Source: an uncultured Nitrospira sp.
Lineage (GTDB): Bacteria; Nitrospirota; Nitrospiria; Nitrospirales; Nitrospiraceae
Assembly: GCA_902500715.1 (NCBI GenBank)
Contig: CABVRO010000005.1
Coordinates: forward strand, 975 to 64,974
Direction: 5' to 3'
DNA: 64,000 bases
The notes beneath the pieces are model-generated. The model did no database searches. It saw nothing but the letters and a program-made list of their open reading frames with translations, and was not told where the DNA came from. Shown here in pieces: positions 8,985-19,397 of this stretch. How positions within the stretch are numbered: position 1 is the stretch's first letter; each line of letters starts with the position of its first letter. The position numbers were made by a program, and so were the translations under genes.

Positions 8985-11966
8985 ATGACCCTCGACCCCG
9001 CTCTGCTTGAACCCCGTATCATTGCGATCGGTGAAGACCTGGCCCGCCGTTCCAGCGGCCTGGCTCCAGGTCTGTTCGATTCCCGTTGGTGGTCGCAGGC
9101 GGCCATCAACCTGGCGATGAAGGACCCGGCGTTCAAGGCGCAACTGTTTCGATTCATCGATGTGTTGCCGTCATTGCATGACGATGCGCAGGTGGTGCGT
9201 CTGGCCGAGGAATATTTCGGCGAGATGAGTGCACACCTCTTCGGCGCCCAATGGGGACTCAAGGCGCTTGCCTCCACGAAGCTGGGCGCGACCCTCAGCG
9301 GCAAGGCCATCCGGCATCAGGTGGAGCAGATGGCCACCGGCTTCATTGCCGGTGCGTCCATTGAGCAGGCCGTTCCGGCGCTCCGTAAGTTATGGGAGGC
9401 CGGGCGCGCTTTTTCGGTGGACCTGCTGGGCGAAGCGAGCGTCAGCGAGCGGGAGGCGGACGAATATCGAGGCCGCTGCTTGGCAGCTGTGCAGACACTT
9501 GGTGAGGCCTGTCCCGGTTGGTCCTCTGTGCCGTTACTCGAACGGGATCATCGTGGTCCTCTGCCCCGCGTGCAATGGTCGATCAAGATTTCGGCCCTCT
9601 ACTCACAGCTCGATCCCATCGATCCCGAATCCAGTTACCGGGCGGTTGCTGCCCGCCTTCGGCCGCTCTTGAACCTTGCAGGTACCCTTCCCGCCTCGGT
9701 CATTTTCGACATGGAACAGGCGGAGACGAAGGAACTCATTCTCTCCATCTTCATGCGCTTCTTCATGGAGGAACCCTACAGGAGCTTTCCCCATGCGGGG
9801 ATCGCGCTGCAGGCTTATCGCACCGATACGTACGACGATGTGCAACGGCTCTTGGCTTGGAGTCGCGAGCGGCTGGTGCCGATCACGATCAGGCTGGTGA
9901 AGGGCGCCTATTGGGATTCCGACGCGATTCGTTATCGACAACGTGGTTGGTCGATGCCGCTGTTCGAGCAGAAGGCACAGACGGATGTGAACTATGAAAG
10001 GCTCGTTCGATTGCTGCTGGAGCAAAGCGAGGTGATCCGGCCGGCGTTCGGCACGCACAACCTTCGAAGTCTGGCGGTGGTCGAAGCGGTGGCAGAGGCG
10101 CTGAAGCTGCCGTCGAATGCCTGGGAATATCAGATGATCTACGGGATGGCGGAGCCGTTTCAGCATGCGATGAGTGACCGCGGCCGGCGTCTCCGACTCT
10201 ATGTCCCGGTCGGAGAACTCCTTCCCGGCATGGCTTATCTGGTGCGGCGGTTGTTGGAGAACACATCGAACGAATCGTTCCTGCGGAAGGAATACGTGGA
10301 GTCTCAGCCTCTGTCCCTCTTGTTGTCTTCGCCCGAGGCGGCCCTCCTCTCGCCTCCTTCTTCGATGGCGACCGAACCAGGCGCTTCCTCCACCCTCAGG
10401 GCCGCTCCGTTTGTAAACGAGCCAGTGGCAGATTTTTCACGCGACCACGTTCGAGTCGCCATGGCCGAAGCCATCGGTCACGCGCGCAAACAATTGGGAC
10501 AGCGGCTTGAGGTCTCGAAGTTGAATAGGCATCTTCCGACGGGACCGGATCTACGCTCATTCAATCCCAGTCAGCCGGATCAACTGGTCGGTATCGTGCA
10601 GAGTTATCGGCCTGCCGACGTGGCCGGTCTCATGAAGGTTGCCGAGTCTCATGCGGAGGAATGGAAACATCGGACGGTTGCGGAACGGGTCGTCGTGATG
10701 CGGAAGGCCGCTGCGTTGATGCGTGAGCAGCGTTGGGAGTTGGCGGCCTGGGAAGTATTCGAGGAAGGAAAGCCCTGGCGCGAGGCCGATGCCGATGTGG
10801 CCGAGGCGATCGATTTTCTGGAGTACTACGCCGGAGAAATGGAGCAGCTTGCGCCGCTGCCTCGCTTGGGTCGGTATCCCGGCGAGTTGAACGAGTTGTT
10901 CTGGAGTCCGCGCGGGATCACCGTTGTGATTGCGCCCTGGAATTTTCCGCTTGCCATTCCCAGTGGTATGGTCGCGGCGGCGTTGGTCTCAGGTAACCCG
11001 GTCTTGTTCAAACCGTCCGAGCGCGCGTCGATCATGGGCTACCGGCTTGCCACGATTCTGAGGCAGGCCGGGGTGCCGGCGGGCGTCCTGCTGTACGTGC
11101 CCGGCGGGCCGGACGTGGGGCGGGAGCTGGTGACCCAGGCGTCCGTTGCGACGATTGCCTTTACCGGATCGAAGGACGTGGGATTGGGCATGGTGCAGGC
11201 CGCTGCGGTGCAACAACCGGGACAGCGGTTCGTCAAGCGCGTGATCGCGGAGATGGGCGGCAAAAATGCCATCATCGTCGATGACACGGCGGATCTCGAT
11301 GAGGCCGTGACCGGTGTAGTGCAATCGTTTACCGGTTATGCGGGACAGAAATGTTCCGCATGTTCACGTGTGATCCTTCTGGATTCGATTCACGATGCGT
11401 TCCTCCAGCGGCTGGCCGATGCAGTCATGAGTCTGCGCATCGGCGCGGCTGAGGATCCAGCCACCCAGCTCGGTCCGGTGATCGACGGGCGCGCTCAGAA
11501 ACGGATTCGGGACTATCTGGAGATCGGGCGACGAGAAGGCCGGATGGTGGTCGATCGGTCGATGGAAGGACCCGGTTATACCGTGGGACCGGTGGTCATC
11601 GCGGGGATCGAGTCGACTCACCGGCTGGCGCAGGAAGAAATTTTCGGCCCCGTGCTGGCCGTGATGCGGGCGCCATCGTTCGAACAGGCGTTGCAGATTG
11701 CCAACGGCACCGCCTACGCCTTGACCGGAGGACTGTACTCCCGTAGTCCCCGGCATATCGAGCTGGCTCGTCAGGCATTCGATGTCGGCAACCTCTACAT
11801 CAACCGTACGATTACCGGGGCCCTGGTGGGTCGGCAACCGTTCGGTGGCCATCGTCTATCGGGTATCGGGGCGAAGGCCGGGGGCGAAGAGTACCTGAAA
11901 CAATTCATGGTGGCGCGTGTCGTCAGCGAGCAGACGCTCCGGCGCGGCTTCGCGCCGACCCTGTAG
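8985..11966 (+). CDS. putA: Bifunctional proline dehydrogenase / glutamate-5-semialdehyde (P5C) dehydrogenase
   Basis: RLVKGAYWD, GTHN and YLVRRLLEN (PRODH); PWNFP, FTGS, EMGGKN, QKCSA and EEIFGP (ALDH). GGAGG RBS before ATG 8985. Confidence 0.95.
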   Translation: MTLDPALLEPRIIAIGEDLARRSSGLAPGLFDSRWWSQAAINLAMKDPAFKAQLFRFIDVLPSLHDDAQVVRLAEEYFGEMSAHLFGAQWGLKALASTKLGATLSGKAIRHQVEQMATGFIAGASIEQAVPALRKLWEAGRAFSVDLLGEASVSEREADEYRGRCLAAVQTLGEACPGWSSVPLLERDHRGPLPRVQWSIKISALYSQLDPIDPESSYRAVAARLRPLLNLAGTLPASVIFDMEQAETKELILSIFMRFFMEEPYRSFPHAGIALQAYRTDTYDDVQRLLAWSRERLVPITIRLVKGAYWDSDAIRYRQRGWSMPLFEQKAQTDVNYERLVRLLLEQSEVIRPAFGTHNLRSLAVVEAVAEALKLPSNAWEYQMIYGMAEPFQHAMSDRGRRLRLYVPVGELLPGMAYLVRRLLENTSNESFLRKEYVESQPLSLLLSSPEAALLSPPSSMATEPGASSTLRAAPFVNEPVADFSRDHVRVAMAEAIGHARKQLGQRLEVSKLNRHLPTGPDLRSFNPSQPDQLVGIVQSYRPADVAGLMKVAESHAEEWKHRTVAERVVVMRKAAALMREQRWELAAWEVFEEGKPWREADADVAEAIDFLEYYAGEMEQLAPLPRLGRYPGELNELFWSPRGITVVIAPWNFPLAIPSGMVAAALVSGNPVLFKPSERASIMGYRLATILRQAGVPAGVLLYVPGGPDVGRELVTQASVATIAFTGSKDVGLGMVQAAAVQQPGQRFVKRVIAEMGGKNAIIVDDTADLDEAVTGVVQSFTGYAGQKCSACSRVILLDSIHDAFLQRLADAVMSLRIGAAEDPATQLGPVIDGRAQKRIRDYLEIGRREGRMVVDRSMEGPGYTVGPVVIAGIESTHRLAQEEIFGPVLAVMRAPSFEQALQIANGTAYALTGGLYSRSPRHIELARQAFDVGNLYINRTITGALVGRQPFGGHRLSGIGAKAGGEEYLKQFMVARVVSEQTLRRGFAPTL

Positions 11967-12761
11967 GGCCGGCGCGGATTTTACGCTGACCTCTTCCAGT
12001 TCTTCCGTGATATCGGTGATGTTACCCCGATCTTCCTTGAGCGCAGCCAATTCCTGCCGTTCGATATATTTGACCAGCCCCACGCCTTTGGCGAACCAGG
12101 CCGTCATCACATCGGTGCCGACCGCCGTCCGATCGACAGAGGAGAGACGAATCTTGAGGGTCATCCGCGCTTCCACGCGCACGGCGTCAGGGTATGTGCC
12201 GGCGGGCACCGTGATCGCTTCCTGACCGATTACCGTCGAGACTCCTTCGACATCCACATGTTCGTTGGTGCCGTCCCCATCGATGTCGCTGCCGAAATCG
12301 ATGTCGGTGCGATTGAACTGTTGGAAAGATTGGGCCACTTTCATCGGGAACCGGATGATCTGGTACGGCACGAGCTGCTTTTCCAACGGCGTGCCCGGCT
12401 CGGAGCCGTAGTACACCACGCCGGCTGCATCGCGGCGGTAAAAGCTGTCGGATGCGCCATGGTTGCCCGGGTTGGTGTCATGAAACACGTTGACGACGAC
12501 GCCGCCCTTGAGCGTGCGGGTTCCGGTCACCGACGACACGTTGAAGAAGTATTTGTTCTCGATCGTCTGGAGAGGGCCTTCCGAGATCTGTCCGCGGTAC
12601 TGCCAGCGTGTGCCGACGGTGTCGGGGAAATAGTCGGCAGACTGGGCGATGGTCTGCCCTGCCTCGGTTGCGTGGGCCTCTCCATGACCCAACGGGATGC
12701 CCAGGAACCCGCACATGCCCACTGCGATCACGGTCGAGCGCACCAAGGTCTGAACGATCAC
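11856..12761 (-). CDS. Exported protein of unknown function (TapB/DUF3108-like beta-rich)
   Basis: Signal peptide; YFP..GTRWQY, ITVPAGTY and WFAKGVGLVK motifs; GGAGG RBS before the GTG. The 3' end overlaps putA. Confidence 0.7.
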   Translation of the reverse strand: MIVQTLVRSTVIAVGMCGFLGIPLGHGEAHATEAGQTIAQSADYFPDTVGTRWQYRGQISEGPLQTIENKYFFNVSSVTGTRTLKGGVVVNVFHDTNPGNHGASDSFYRRDAAGVVYYGSEPGTPLEKQLVPYQIIRFPMKVAQSFQQFNRTDIDFGSDIDGDGTNEHVDVEGVSTVIGQEAITVPAGTYPDAVRVEARMTLKIRLSSVDRTAVGTDVMTAWFAKGVGLVKYIERQELAALKEDRGNITDITEELEEVSVKSAPALQGRREAAPERLLADDTRHHELFQVLFAPGLRPDTR

Positions 12762-12867
12762 GGCTGTCCTCCAGTCAAAAAAATCACGGTACCATACCCG
12801 ATTCGCGGCAGCAAGCCGGCAGATCCCGCCTTGCCTTCTCCTGTGCCGCCTCTCATAATCGCACGCC

Positions 12868-13626
12868 GTGATGCCTGCATTATCTCCCGCAGCTCAGGAT
12901 GTTCGTGAACGCCGAACGGTACTGGTGACCGGTGGGTCCGGCGGAATCGGTCGTGCGCTCTGTCTGGCCTTCGCCCATGCCGGGTATTGGGTGGGAGTGC
13001 ATTACTTCCGCCAACGGCCGGCAGCCGAACAAACCCTCGCGCTGCTCTCGCAGGCCGGTGGTCAGGGTGCCCTCTACCAGGCGGATGTACGGTCGAGCCA
13101 TGAGGTCCAGGCGATGCTGGATGCGATCCGGGCGCAGCGCGGCCGGCTCGACACCCTGCTCTGTAATGCCGGCATCGCGTCGAAGCATCTGGTGGTGAAT
13201 TGCCCGGAAGAAGCATGGCAACAGATCATCGACACGAATCTGACGGGCACCTATCGCTGCATGACCGCTGCGGTGAACGACATGATGACGCAAGGCGGTG
13301 GATCTGTCGTGGTGGTCGGATCCTTCGCCGGGTTGCAGGGAACGAACGGCCAAGCTGCCTACGCAGCGTCGAAGGCAGGGCTGATCGGACTGGTGAAGAC
13401 CGCGGCGCGGGAATGGGGGCCGCAAAATATTCGGGTGAATCTGGTCTGTCCCGGCTGGCAGCAAACGCGTATGGTCGGTGACTCGTTTCCAAGCGGTGAA
13501 CGGCTTGACAATTATGTGTTGGGACGTGTCTCGAACTTGGCTGATGTGAGCAGGACGATTTGCCGACTCGCGCAACTCTCCGACATGTCGGGGCAGGTTT
13601 GGAACCTGGACAGTCGCATTCTCTAG
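12868..13626 (+). CDS. fabG: SDR family 3-oxoacyl-ACP reductase (FabG-like)
   Basis: TGGSGGIG, NAG, YAASK and NLVCPG motifs. Confidence 0.85.
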   Translation: MMPALSPAAQDVRERRTVLVTGGSGGIGRALCLAFAHAGYWVGVHYFRQRPAAEQTLALLSQAGGQGALYQADVRSSHEVQAMLDAIRAQRGRLDTLLCNAGIASKHLVVNCPEEAWQQIIDTNLTGTYRCMTAAVNDMMTQGGGSVVVVGSFAGLQGTNGQAAYAASKAGLIGLVKTAAREWGPQNIRVNLVCPGWQQTRMVGDSFPSGERLDNYVLGRVSNLADVSRTICRLAQLSDMSGQVWNLDSRIL

Positions 13627-13754
13627 CAGGATGCTGAAAACGGCCTCCAGCTTCGTTCTCGGTCGTACGTCTCCTTGCGACGTACCGTAAAGGTACGCCT
13701 CAGTCGTCGTACTCCCTGCGGCTTTGCTGGACGCCGTTTTGAGCATCCTGTTGG
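13623..13754. mobile_element. MITE-like element, family B
   Basis: About 29-bp TIR (CTAGCAGGATGCTGAAAACGGCCTCCAGC vs GCTGGACGCCGTTTTGAGCATCCTGTTGG). Central CGTAC-N7-GTACG. The left CTAG contains the fabG stop codon. Confidence 0.7.
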
Positions 13755-13823
13755 GAAATTGAGTCGTCGATTTCACAGCACGAAACAGTGTGTTTCACGG
13801 GTGGTAAATGGGAAGAACAGAGA

Positions 13824-14588
13824 ATGGGTAACGGGGTGGTTGTCACCGGCACGGATACCGGCGTGGGAAAGACCCTCGTGTCTTCTGCGTTGGTCCGGAA
13901 GCTGGTGCAGACTGGCTGCTCTGTCGGGGTGATGAAACCGGTCGAGACCGGTGTGCTTCCCGGGCAACTGAATGAGAGCGACGCGGGCCGACTCCTGGCT
14001 GCGGCGGGAGTATCCGATGGGATCGAAGAAGTGTCTCCCTACCGGTTCCTCACGCCCCTCGCTCCCCTCGCCGCTGCATCCGCCCAAGGGCGTGTGATCG
14101 AGATGCAGGAAATCATGGGACGCTACGAACGGCTTGCGTCCCGATACTCTTGTGTCGTGATTGAAGGCGCCGGTGGTCTGCTCGTGCCGATAGGAACAGA
14201 TTGGGATATGCGCGACTTGATCGGCCGGATCGGTCTACCCGTCGTACTTGTGGGGCGGGCCGGGCTGGGCGGCGTCAATCATGCGCTGCTGACGCTGGAG
14301 GGTCTTCGGCACCGTCACTGCGCGATCGTGGCTGTCGTCTTGAACGAGACGGCGTTGTCCACCGCCCCTGTGCAGCAGGAGCAATGTGCGTCAACGGTCG
14401 CGCTGCTGCGCGAGCGAGCCGGTGTTCCAGTGTTGGGACCGCTGCCGTACCAGCCGCACTTTGGCTCCGATTGGTCCGGCGCCGTCGAGGCGCTGGCGCA
14501 GAGTGGTCCGATCAGGGAGCTTGCCGATCTGGTCTGGAAAGGCCCTGTTGGAAGGTCCGGATCGCCGCGCCGAGGTCCGGAGCCTTGA
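13824..14588 (+). CDS. bioD: Dethiobiotin synthetase
   Basis: TGTDTGVGKT, MKPVETG, IEGAGG and LGGVNH motifs. Confidence 0.93.
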   Translation: MGNGVVVTGTDTGVGKTLVSSALVRKLVQTGCSVGVMKPVETGVLPGQLNESDAGRLLAAAGVSDGIEEVSPYRFLTPLAPLAAASAQGRVIEMQEIMGRYERLASRYSCVVIEGAGGLLVPIGTDWDMRDLIGRIGLPVVLVGRAGLGGVNHALLTLEGLRHRHCAIVAVVLNETALSTAPVQQEQCASTVALLRERAGVPVLGPLPYQPHFGSDWSGAVEALAQSGPIRELADLVWKGPVGRSGSPRRGPEP

Positions 14589-15150
14589 GGATCGCAGAGA
14601 TCACCGCTACGCCATCGGCCCCTGCCGCCATAATTTCGCCGACCGACTCAGCCGTAATGCCACCGATCGCAAACATCGGCAGCGTAGTCAACGCGCGTGC
14701 CGCGCGTAATCCTTCCAGACCGATCACCGGGTCGTGATCGGCTTTTGTGGAGGTGCCAAAAATCGGGCCGAATCCCAGATAGGCGGGCTGTGCGGCGACG
14801 GCCTCGCGCACTTGAACGGCATTGTGCGTCGAAAGTCCGATGATTGTTCCCGGCCTCATGAGCCGCCGGGCGTAGGAGATGGGAAGGTCGTCTTGGCCCA
14901 GGTGCACTCCGTCTGCGTGCACGGCCATCGCCAGATCGCAACGATCGTTGACGATCAACAGGGCGCCGACGTCGGTTGCGGCCTGACGCAAGGCGAGCGC
15001 CTTCGCGTAGGCATCTTTCATCGTGGCCTGCTTATCCCGGTATTGAAAGAGACGGACACCGTGCGCGGCTGCTTCGCGCAGGAGATCGGGCAGCGGGCGA
15101 TCCGGCCTGACCGTAGGGTCGAGCACGAGATACAGCCCATTCAGGGACAA
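14512..15150 (-). CDS. thiE: Thiamine-phosphate synthase
   Basis: QYRDK, INDRCD, GVHLGQDD, GLSTH, FAIGGI and GVAVISA motifs; TTG start. Confidence 0.93.
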   Translation of the reverse strand: MSLNGLYLVLDPTVRPDRPLPDLLREAAAHGVRLFQYRDKQATMKDAYAKALALRQAATDVGALLIVNDRCDLAMAVHADGVHLGQDDLPISYARRLMRPGTIIGLSTHNAVQVREAVAAQPAYLGFGPIFGTSTKADHDPVIGLEGLRAARALTTLPMFAIGGITAESVGEIMAAGADGVAVISAILKAPDLGAAIRTFQQGLSRPDRQAP

Positions 15151-15186
15151 TTGTCGAGTGGCCTGAGACGTGGCGGGCTCCCTGGT

Positions 15187-15316
15187 TTAGCGGGCCGTTG
15201 AAAAAGTCCGCCAGCGGCATTCTCGCATCGCTCCCTAGCTCACCGTACGACAGGGGTACGATGAGCCACGCCGCTTGCTGCGGCCTTGCTGGACGGCATT
15301 GTGAACGGCCTGCTGG
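15187..15316. mobile_element. MITE-like element, family B (second copy)
   Basis: Imperfect TIR (TTAGCGGGCCGTTGAAAAAGTCCGCCAGC vs GCTGGACGGCATTGTGAACGGCCTGCTGG). Central CGTAC-N7-GTACG. Length close to the 13623 copy. Confidence 0.6.
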
Positions 15317-15387
15317 TGATTCCCTTGGATACATGACCTCAGCCGGTTCGCACAATACTGGGCTGAGATCTTTTTGTCAGCAACCTG

Positions 15388-16737
15388 TTACGAGGACTGG
15401 CCGGCAAGAAAGCGATCGAGGAATGTCGTGGAGACATGTCCCTTCTGAAAATCGGGATCGTTGAAAATTCTCCGATGGAGCGGAATCGTCGTCTTGATGC
15501 CTTCGATGACAAATTCATCGAGTGCGCGGCGCATGCGGGCCATGGCTTCCTGGCGATCACGTCCGTGCGTGATCAATTTGGCGATCAGGCTGTCGTAGTA
15601 CGGGACGACCACGGCGTTCGGTTCCATCGCGGAATCGACACGCACGCCGAAGCCGCCGGGGGCGGAATATTTGGTGATCTGGCCTGGACAGGGCGTGAAC
15701 TTTTCCGGGTCTTCGGCATTGATCCGGCACTCGAAGCTGTGACCGTTGAGTTTGATGTCCGGCTGTTTGAACGAGAGGGGCATGCCCGAGGCAATCCGGA
15801 TCTGTTCTTTCACGAGGTCGATCCCGGTCACCATTTCGGTGATGGGGTGTTCGACCTGGATGCGGGTGTTCACTTCCATAAAAAAGAAGTTGCGATCCTT
15901 GTCCAGGAGAAACTCGACCGTACCGACGTTGCAATAACGAATGGCTTTCACTGCCTCCACGGCCACCCGGCCGATTTCACGGCGCAGCCGGTCATCGATG
16001 GCCGGCGAAGGGGTTTCTTCCACCAGCTTTTGGTGCCGTCGTTGAATAGAGCAATCACGCTCGCCGAGATGGACCACATGGCCTCGATTGTCGGCCACGA
16101 TTTGTACTTCGATGTGCCGCGGTTCGAGGAAATAGCGCTCGAGGTAGACGCCGTCATGGCCGAAGGTGGACTTGGCTTCGGCTTGCGCGGCTTGAAACGC
16201 TCGTGCGAGCTCCTCCGGTTTGTTCACGACGCGCATGCCCCGCCCTCCGCCGCCGGCTGAAGCTTTGATGATCACGGGGAAGCCGATGGTCTTCGCGGCC
16301 TCTTGCGCATCCTGTTCGCTTCGGAGTTCGCCGGGGCTGCCGGGAGTGACCGGGAGGCCCTTCCTGGCGACCACTTCCCGTGCCTTGGATTTGTCGCCCA
16401 TCAGGGCGATGTTTTCAGAGGTCGGGCCGATGAATTTGATGCCGATCGATTCGCAGACTTCTGCGAAGTGCGCGTTCTCTGAAAGAAATCCATAGCCGGG
16501 GTGAATGGCATCGGCCCCGGTGACTTCAGCTGCGCTCAGCACGTTAGGGATATTGCGATAACTAAGGGCGGCTTCCGGGGGGCCGACGCAGACGTGTTCA
16601 TCCGCAGCCCGGACATGCAAGCTCGCGGCATCGGCTTCGGAGTGGATCGCAACGGTTTTCACACCGAGCTCCTTGCAGGCGCGGATCACCCGAAGGGCGA
16701 TTTCTCCACGATTGGCAACCAACACTTTCTTAAACAC
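15388..16737 (-). CDS. accC: Acetyl-CoA carboxylase biotin carboxylase subunit
   Basis: [33 protein letters not shown] and [10 protein letters not shown] motifs. Confidence 0.96.
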   Translation of the reverse strand: MFKKVLVANRGEIALRVIRACKELGVKTVAIHSEADAASLHVRAADEHVCVGPPEAALSYRNIPNVLSAAEVTGADAIHPGYGFLSENAHFAEVCESIGIKFIGPTSENIALMGDKSKAREVVARKGLPVTPGSPGELRSEQDAQEAAKTIGFPVIIKASAGGGGRGMRVVNKPEELARAFQAAQAEAKSTFGHDGVYLERYFLEPRHIEVQIVADNRGHVVHLGERDCSIQRRHQKLVEETPSPAIDDRLRREIGRVAVEAVKAIRYCNVGTVEFLLDKDRNFFFMEVNTRIQVEHPITEMVTGIDLVKEQIRIASGMPLSFKQPDIKLNGHSFECRINAEDPEKFTPCPGQITKYSAPGGFGVRVDSAMEPNAVVVPYYDSLIAKLITHGRDRQEAMARMRRALDEFVIEGIKTTIPLHRRIFNDPDFQKGHVSTTFLDRFLAGQSS

Positions 16738-16917
16738 AGGATACTCCGGCGCGGGTCACTGTCTGTGTCCGCCTGGTTCTCACGGTTTGCTCTGCCACAG
16801 GTAAGACCTGATCCGGTTCGGTTGCATGATCCGACACGTGCCGTCTGCCGTCGGACCCACATGCATGAGGAACGTATTCCCGGATCGTCTCGCCATGAAA
16901 CCGCATGATCTCGTCGG

Positions 16918-17493
16918 CTAGGGCGTGGCGTTGGGGTCTATCAAGAAGAGAGGTTGTCCATACTCGACAGGCTTCGTGCTCTCCGCCAGTATTTTCGTGA
17001 TCCGTCCGTCGGCTTCGGACTCGATTTCGTTCATGAGCTTCATGGCTTCGACGATACAGAGCACTTGACCCTTCTTCACGTAATCCCCCTCTTCCACATA
17101 GGGGTCTGCATCGGGTGAGGGCGAGCGATAGAAGGTGCCGACGATGGGAGACGTGATCGTGACCTGGCCATCCGTTTCTGCGGGTGGATGGGTTTGCGCC
17201 GCCGGTGTTGTCCCGGTTGAGGTCGACAGATTTGTGACGGTCTCCACCGTCTGGGCCGTTGTCGTTCTTACAACCGGCTCGTGTCGGATGCGGATACGGA
17301 CTCCGCTCCGTTCAATTTCCAGTTCGGTCAGATGGTTGCGCTTGAGTAGGTCGGCTAACTGTTGAATTTGCGCGGCCTGGTCCGGAGAGAGCAGTGTTTC
17401 AGCGGCTGTTGATCGAGGCGCAAAGGCGCTCGGTAGGACGATCGGTTTCCCGGCCCCACGGTCTTTTCCTGTCTTTTTACCCGATGAGCTCAA
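16918..17493 (-). CDS. accB: Biotin carboxyl carrier protein
   Basis: EAMKLMNE biotinylation motif and SPIVGTFY. The TTG start overlaps the efp stop. Confidence 0.93.
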   Translation of the reverse strand: MSSSGKKTGKDRGAGKPIVLPSAFAPRSTAAETLLSPDQAAQIQQLADLLKRNHLTELEIERSGVRIRIRHEPVVRTTTAQTVETVTNLSTSTGTTPAAQTHPPAETDGQVTITSPIVGTFYRSPSPDADPYVEEGDYVKKGQVLCIVEAMKLMNEIESEADGRITKILAESTKPVEYGQPLFLIDPNATP

Positions 17494-18050
17494 CGCACGC
17501 GCTCCACAAATTCACGAGTTCGCGTATCGATGCGGATCGTTTCCCCGATTTCCAGGTAGAGCGGCACTTTGATCGTGGCGCCGGTCTCGACGATCACCGG
17601 CTTATTGCCGCCTGAGGCCGTGTCCCCGCGTACGCCCGGTTCACCGTCGACCACTTTGAGCTCGATGAAGTTCGGCAGCAGGACCGTAATCGGCCGGTGC
17701 TCATAGATCAGGATCTTGACGATCATATTTTCTTTGAGCAGATCGGCGTTGTTTCCCAACTGGCTTTTCTCATAGGTCGACTGCTCATAGGTCTCCGTAT
17801 CCATGAACGTGTAGGAATCGTTCGTGGCATACAGGAATTGCATGTCGCATTCTTCGATCTGGGGCGTGTCGAATTTTTCTCCGGAACGAAAGGTCCGATC
17901 GAGGACGTTGCCGGAAAGATAACTCTTCAGCTTCGTCCGGACGAATGCCCCGCCCTTGCCGGGTTTGACGTGCTGAAACTCCACGATATAAAAGGGTTGG
18001 CCTTCTACCATTAACGGGCTGCCGTTCCGAAACTCTGCGGTCGAAATCAC
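17490..18050 (-). CDS. efp: Translation elongation factor P
   Basis: KPGKGGAF and PGVRGDT motifs; GTG start at 18050 with GGAG RBS. Confidence 0.95.
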   Translation of the reverse strand: MISTAEFRNGSPLMVEGQPFYIVEFQHVKPGKGGAFVRTKLKSYLSGNVLDRTFRSGEKFDTPQIEECDMQFLYATNDSYTFMDTETYEQSTYEKSQLGNNADLLKENMIVKILIYEHRPITVLLPNFIELKVVDGEPGVRGDTASGGNKPVIVETGATIKVPLYLEIGETIRIDTRTREFVERVR

Positions 18051-18075
18051 AACGACTCTCCTTGGTACAACAGGT

Positions 18076-18573
18076 TCAACGGCGCGAAGCCGTGGGTTTA
18101 TTCTTCGAGCTTGCCCGAGGGCGTGGTGCCTTGCCGCCGGCCTCGAGGTGCACGGCCAATGCGTCCAGCGCCAGCAGATAGCCGGTGGGACCGAATCCGG
18201 AAATCTGTCCCAGAGCGACACCGGCGATGAAGGAGTGATAGCGAAACTCCTCCCGCTGATGGATGTTCGACAGATGCACCTCGACCGTCGGCAGGGCGAC
18301 TGCCGCGATCGCATCGCGAATCGCAATGCTGGTATGGGTATACGCGGCCGGATTGATGATGATGCCGTCGAAATGGCCCCTGGCGTTCTGAATCCAGGTG
18401 ACCAGTTCCCCTTCTACATTCGTCTGTTTGGTCTGCACCGCAATCCCCCGCTCGCCTGCGCGACGGACAATCGACTTGTCGATGTCGGGCAAGGACGCCT
18501 GTCCGTAGACGGATGGCTCTCGCGTTCCCAGGAGATTGAGATTGGGACCATGAAGCACTAGCAGCCGCAGCAT
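18076..18573 (-). CDS. aroQ: Type II 3-dehydroquinate dehydratase
   Basis: [21 protein letters not shown] and EVHLSNI motifs. Confidence 0.96.
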   Translation of the reverse strand: MLRLLVLHGPNLNLLGTREPSVYGQASLPDIDKSIVRRAGERGIAVQTKQTNVEGELVTWIQNARGHFDGIIINPAAYTHTSIAIRDAIAAVALPTVEVHLSNIHQREEFRYHSFIAGVALGQISGFGPTGYLLALDALAVHLEAGGKAPRPRASSKNKPTASRR

Positions 18574-18636
18574 GTGTCTGTCGCGCGCCCCCGTTATCAG
18601 TAGGCTGCAATGGATAGAGATGCCAGCAGCGGCGGC

Positions 18637-18665
18637 ATTCTAACAGGGTGTCAGGAGTGGGTCAA
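18637..18665 (-). promoter_or_regulatory. Sigma70-like promoter for aroQ-efp-accB-accC (TTGACC-N17-TAGAAT)
   Basis: Near-consensus hexamers with 17-bp spacing, upstream of aroQ. Confidence 0.65.
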
Positions 18666-18716
18666 ACGTTGTTCCGGGGCGCAGGACGAGCGCTCGTCTC
18701 GCTGTGGGGGAGGCCG

Positions 18717-19394
18717 TCAGTGAACGCGTTGGGCTTGAATGGTTCGCAGCCAGGTTTCCAGGCGCGCGATCGTGGCCGCATGTTTCAAGGCAGGCGGTTC
18801 AGGAACCGCCTGGAGCGCGGTGTCGCAGACTGATTCAGATGCCAAGGACGATACGGATAGGAATGGTTCGGAAGCGGGCGTGACGGGAGCCGCAATTTTC
18901 GCGGTGTCGGGTTTCGGCTCGGTGCCAATGCGTGTTTTCTCGCGCTTCGCGGGTGGAGGAATATCAGGGGCGCCGGTGATGCTCCGTTTGATCGCGGCCG
19001 CCTCTTCATCGAATGGATTGGCGTTCAGGATGGCTGCGCAGGACATCAACGCTGAGTCGGTTTTTCCTTCGGTGTGATAGAGCTTAGCCAGAATGCGGTG
19101 CGCGCGAAGATTGTCCGGGCGCTGTTTGACGACGTCTTCAAGAATAGCCTTCGCTTTCACCGGTTGGCTCAATTGATCATACACCCGCCCCAATGCCGCC
19201 ATGGCGGTGACAAAGCCCGGATAGGCTTTGAGGCCGTCTTCCAGTACGCCCGCTGCTTCCTGCCACATGCCGACCTTGATGTATTCGTCTGCGAGGGGGA
19301 GGAATTCTTTCGAGCGAGGGTCTTTGGCGACGGCAGTGGCCAGGCGGTCGATTTCGGCGGCGGTCGATGGATCGATACGCGGTGATGATGCCAC
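18717..19394 (-). CDS. Tetratricopeptide repeat protein
   Basis: TPR-like helical repeats (LADEY...A...LEDGL...P; LGRVY; LAKLY) with a low-complexity C-terminus. Confidence 0.75.
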   Translation of the reverse strand: MASSPRIDPSTAAEIDRLATAVAKDPRSKEFLPLADEYIKVGMWQEAAGVLEDGLKAYPGFVTAMAALGRVYDQLSQPVKAKAILEDVVKQRPDNLRAHRILAKLYHTEGKTDSALMSCAAILNANPFDEEAAAIKRSITGAPDIPPPAKREKTRIGTEPKPDTAKIAAPVTPASEPFLSVSSLASESVCDTALQAVPEPPALKHAATIARLETWLRTIQAQRVH

Positions 19395-19397
19395 GCC

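Noticed and set aside
16800-16830. ACCTGATCCGG resembling part of a TPP riboswitch, with thiE nearby
   Set aside because: It is on the strand opposite thiE, 1.6 kb away, and lacks the upstream CTGAGA element and the rest of the fold.
16740-16917. Possible 38-58 aa ORFs between accB and accC
   Set aside because: No RBS, no recognisable composition or motif.
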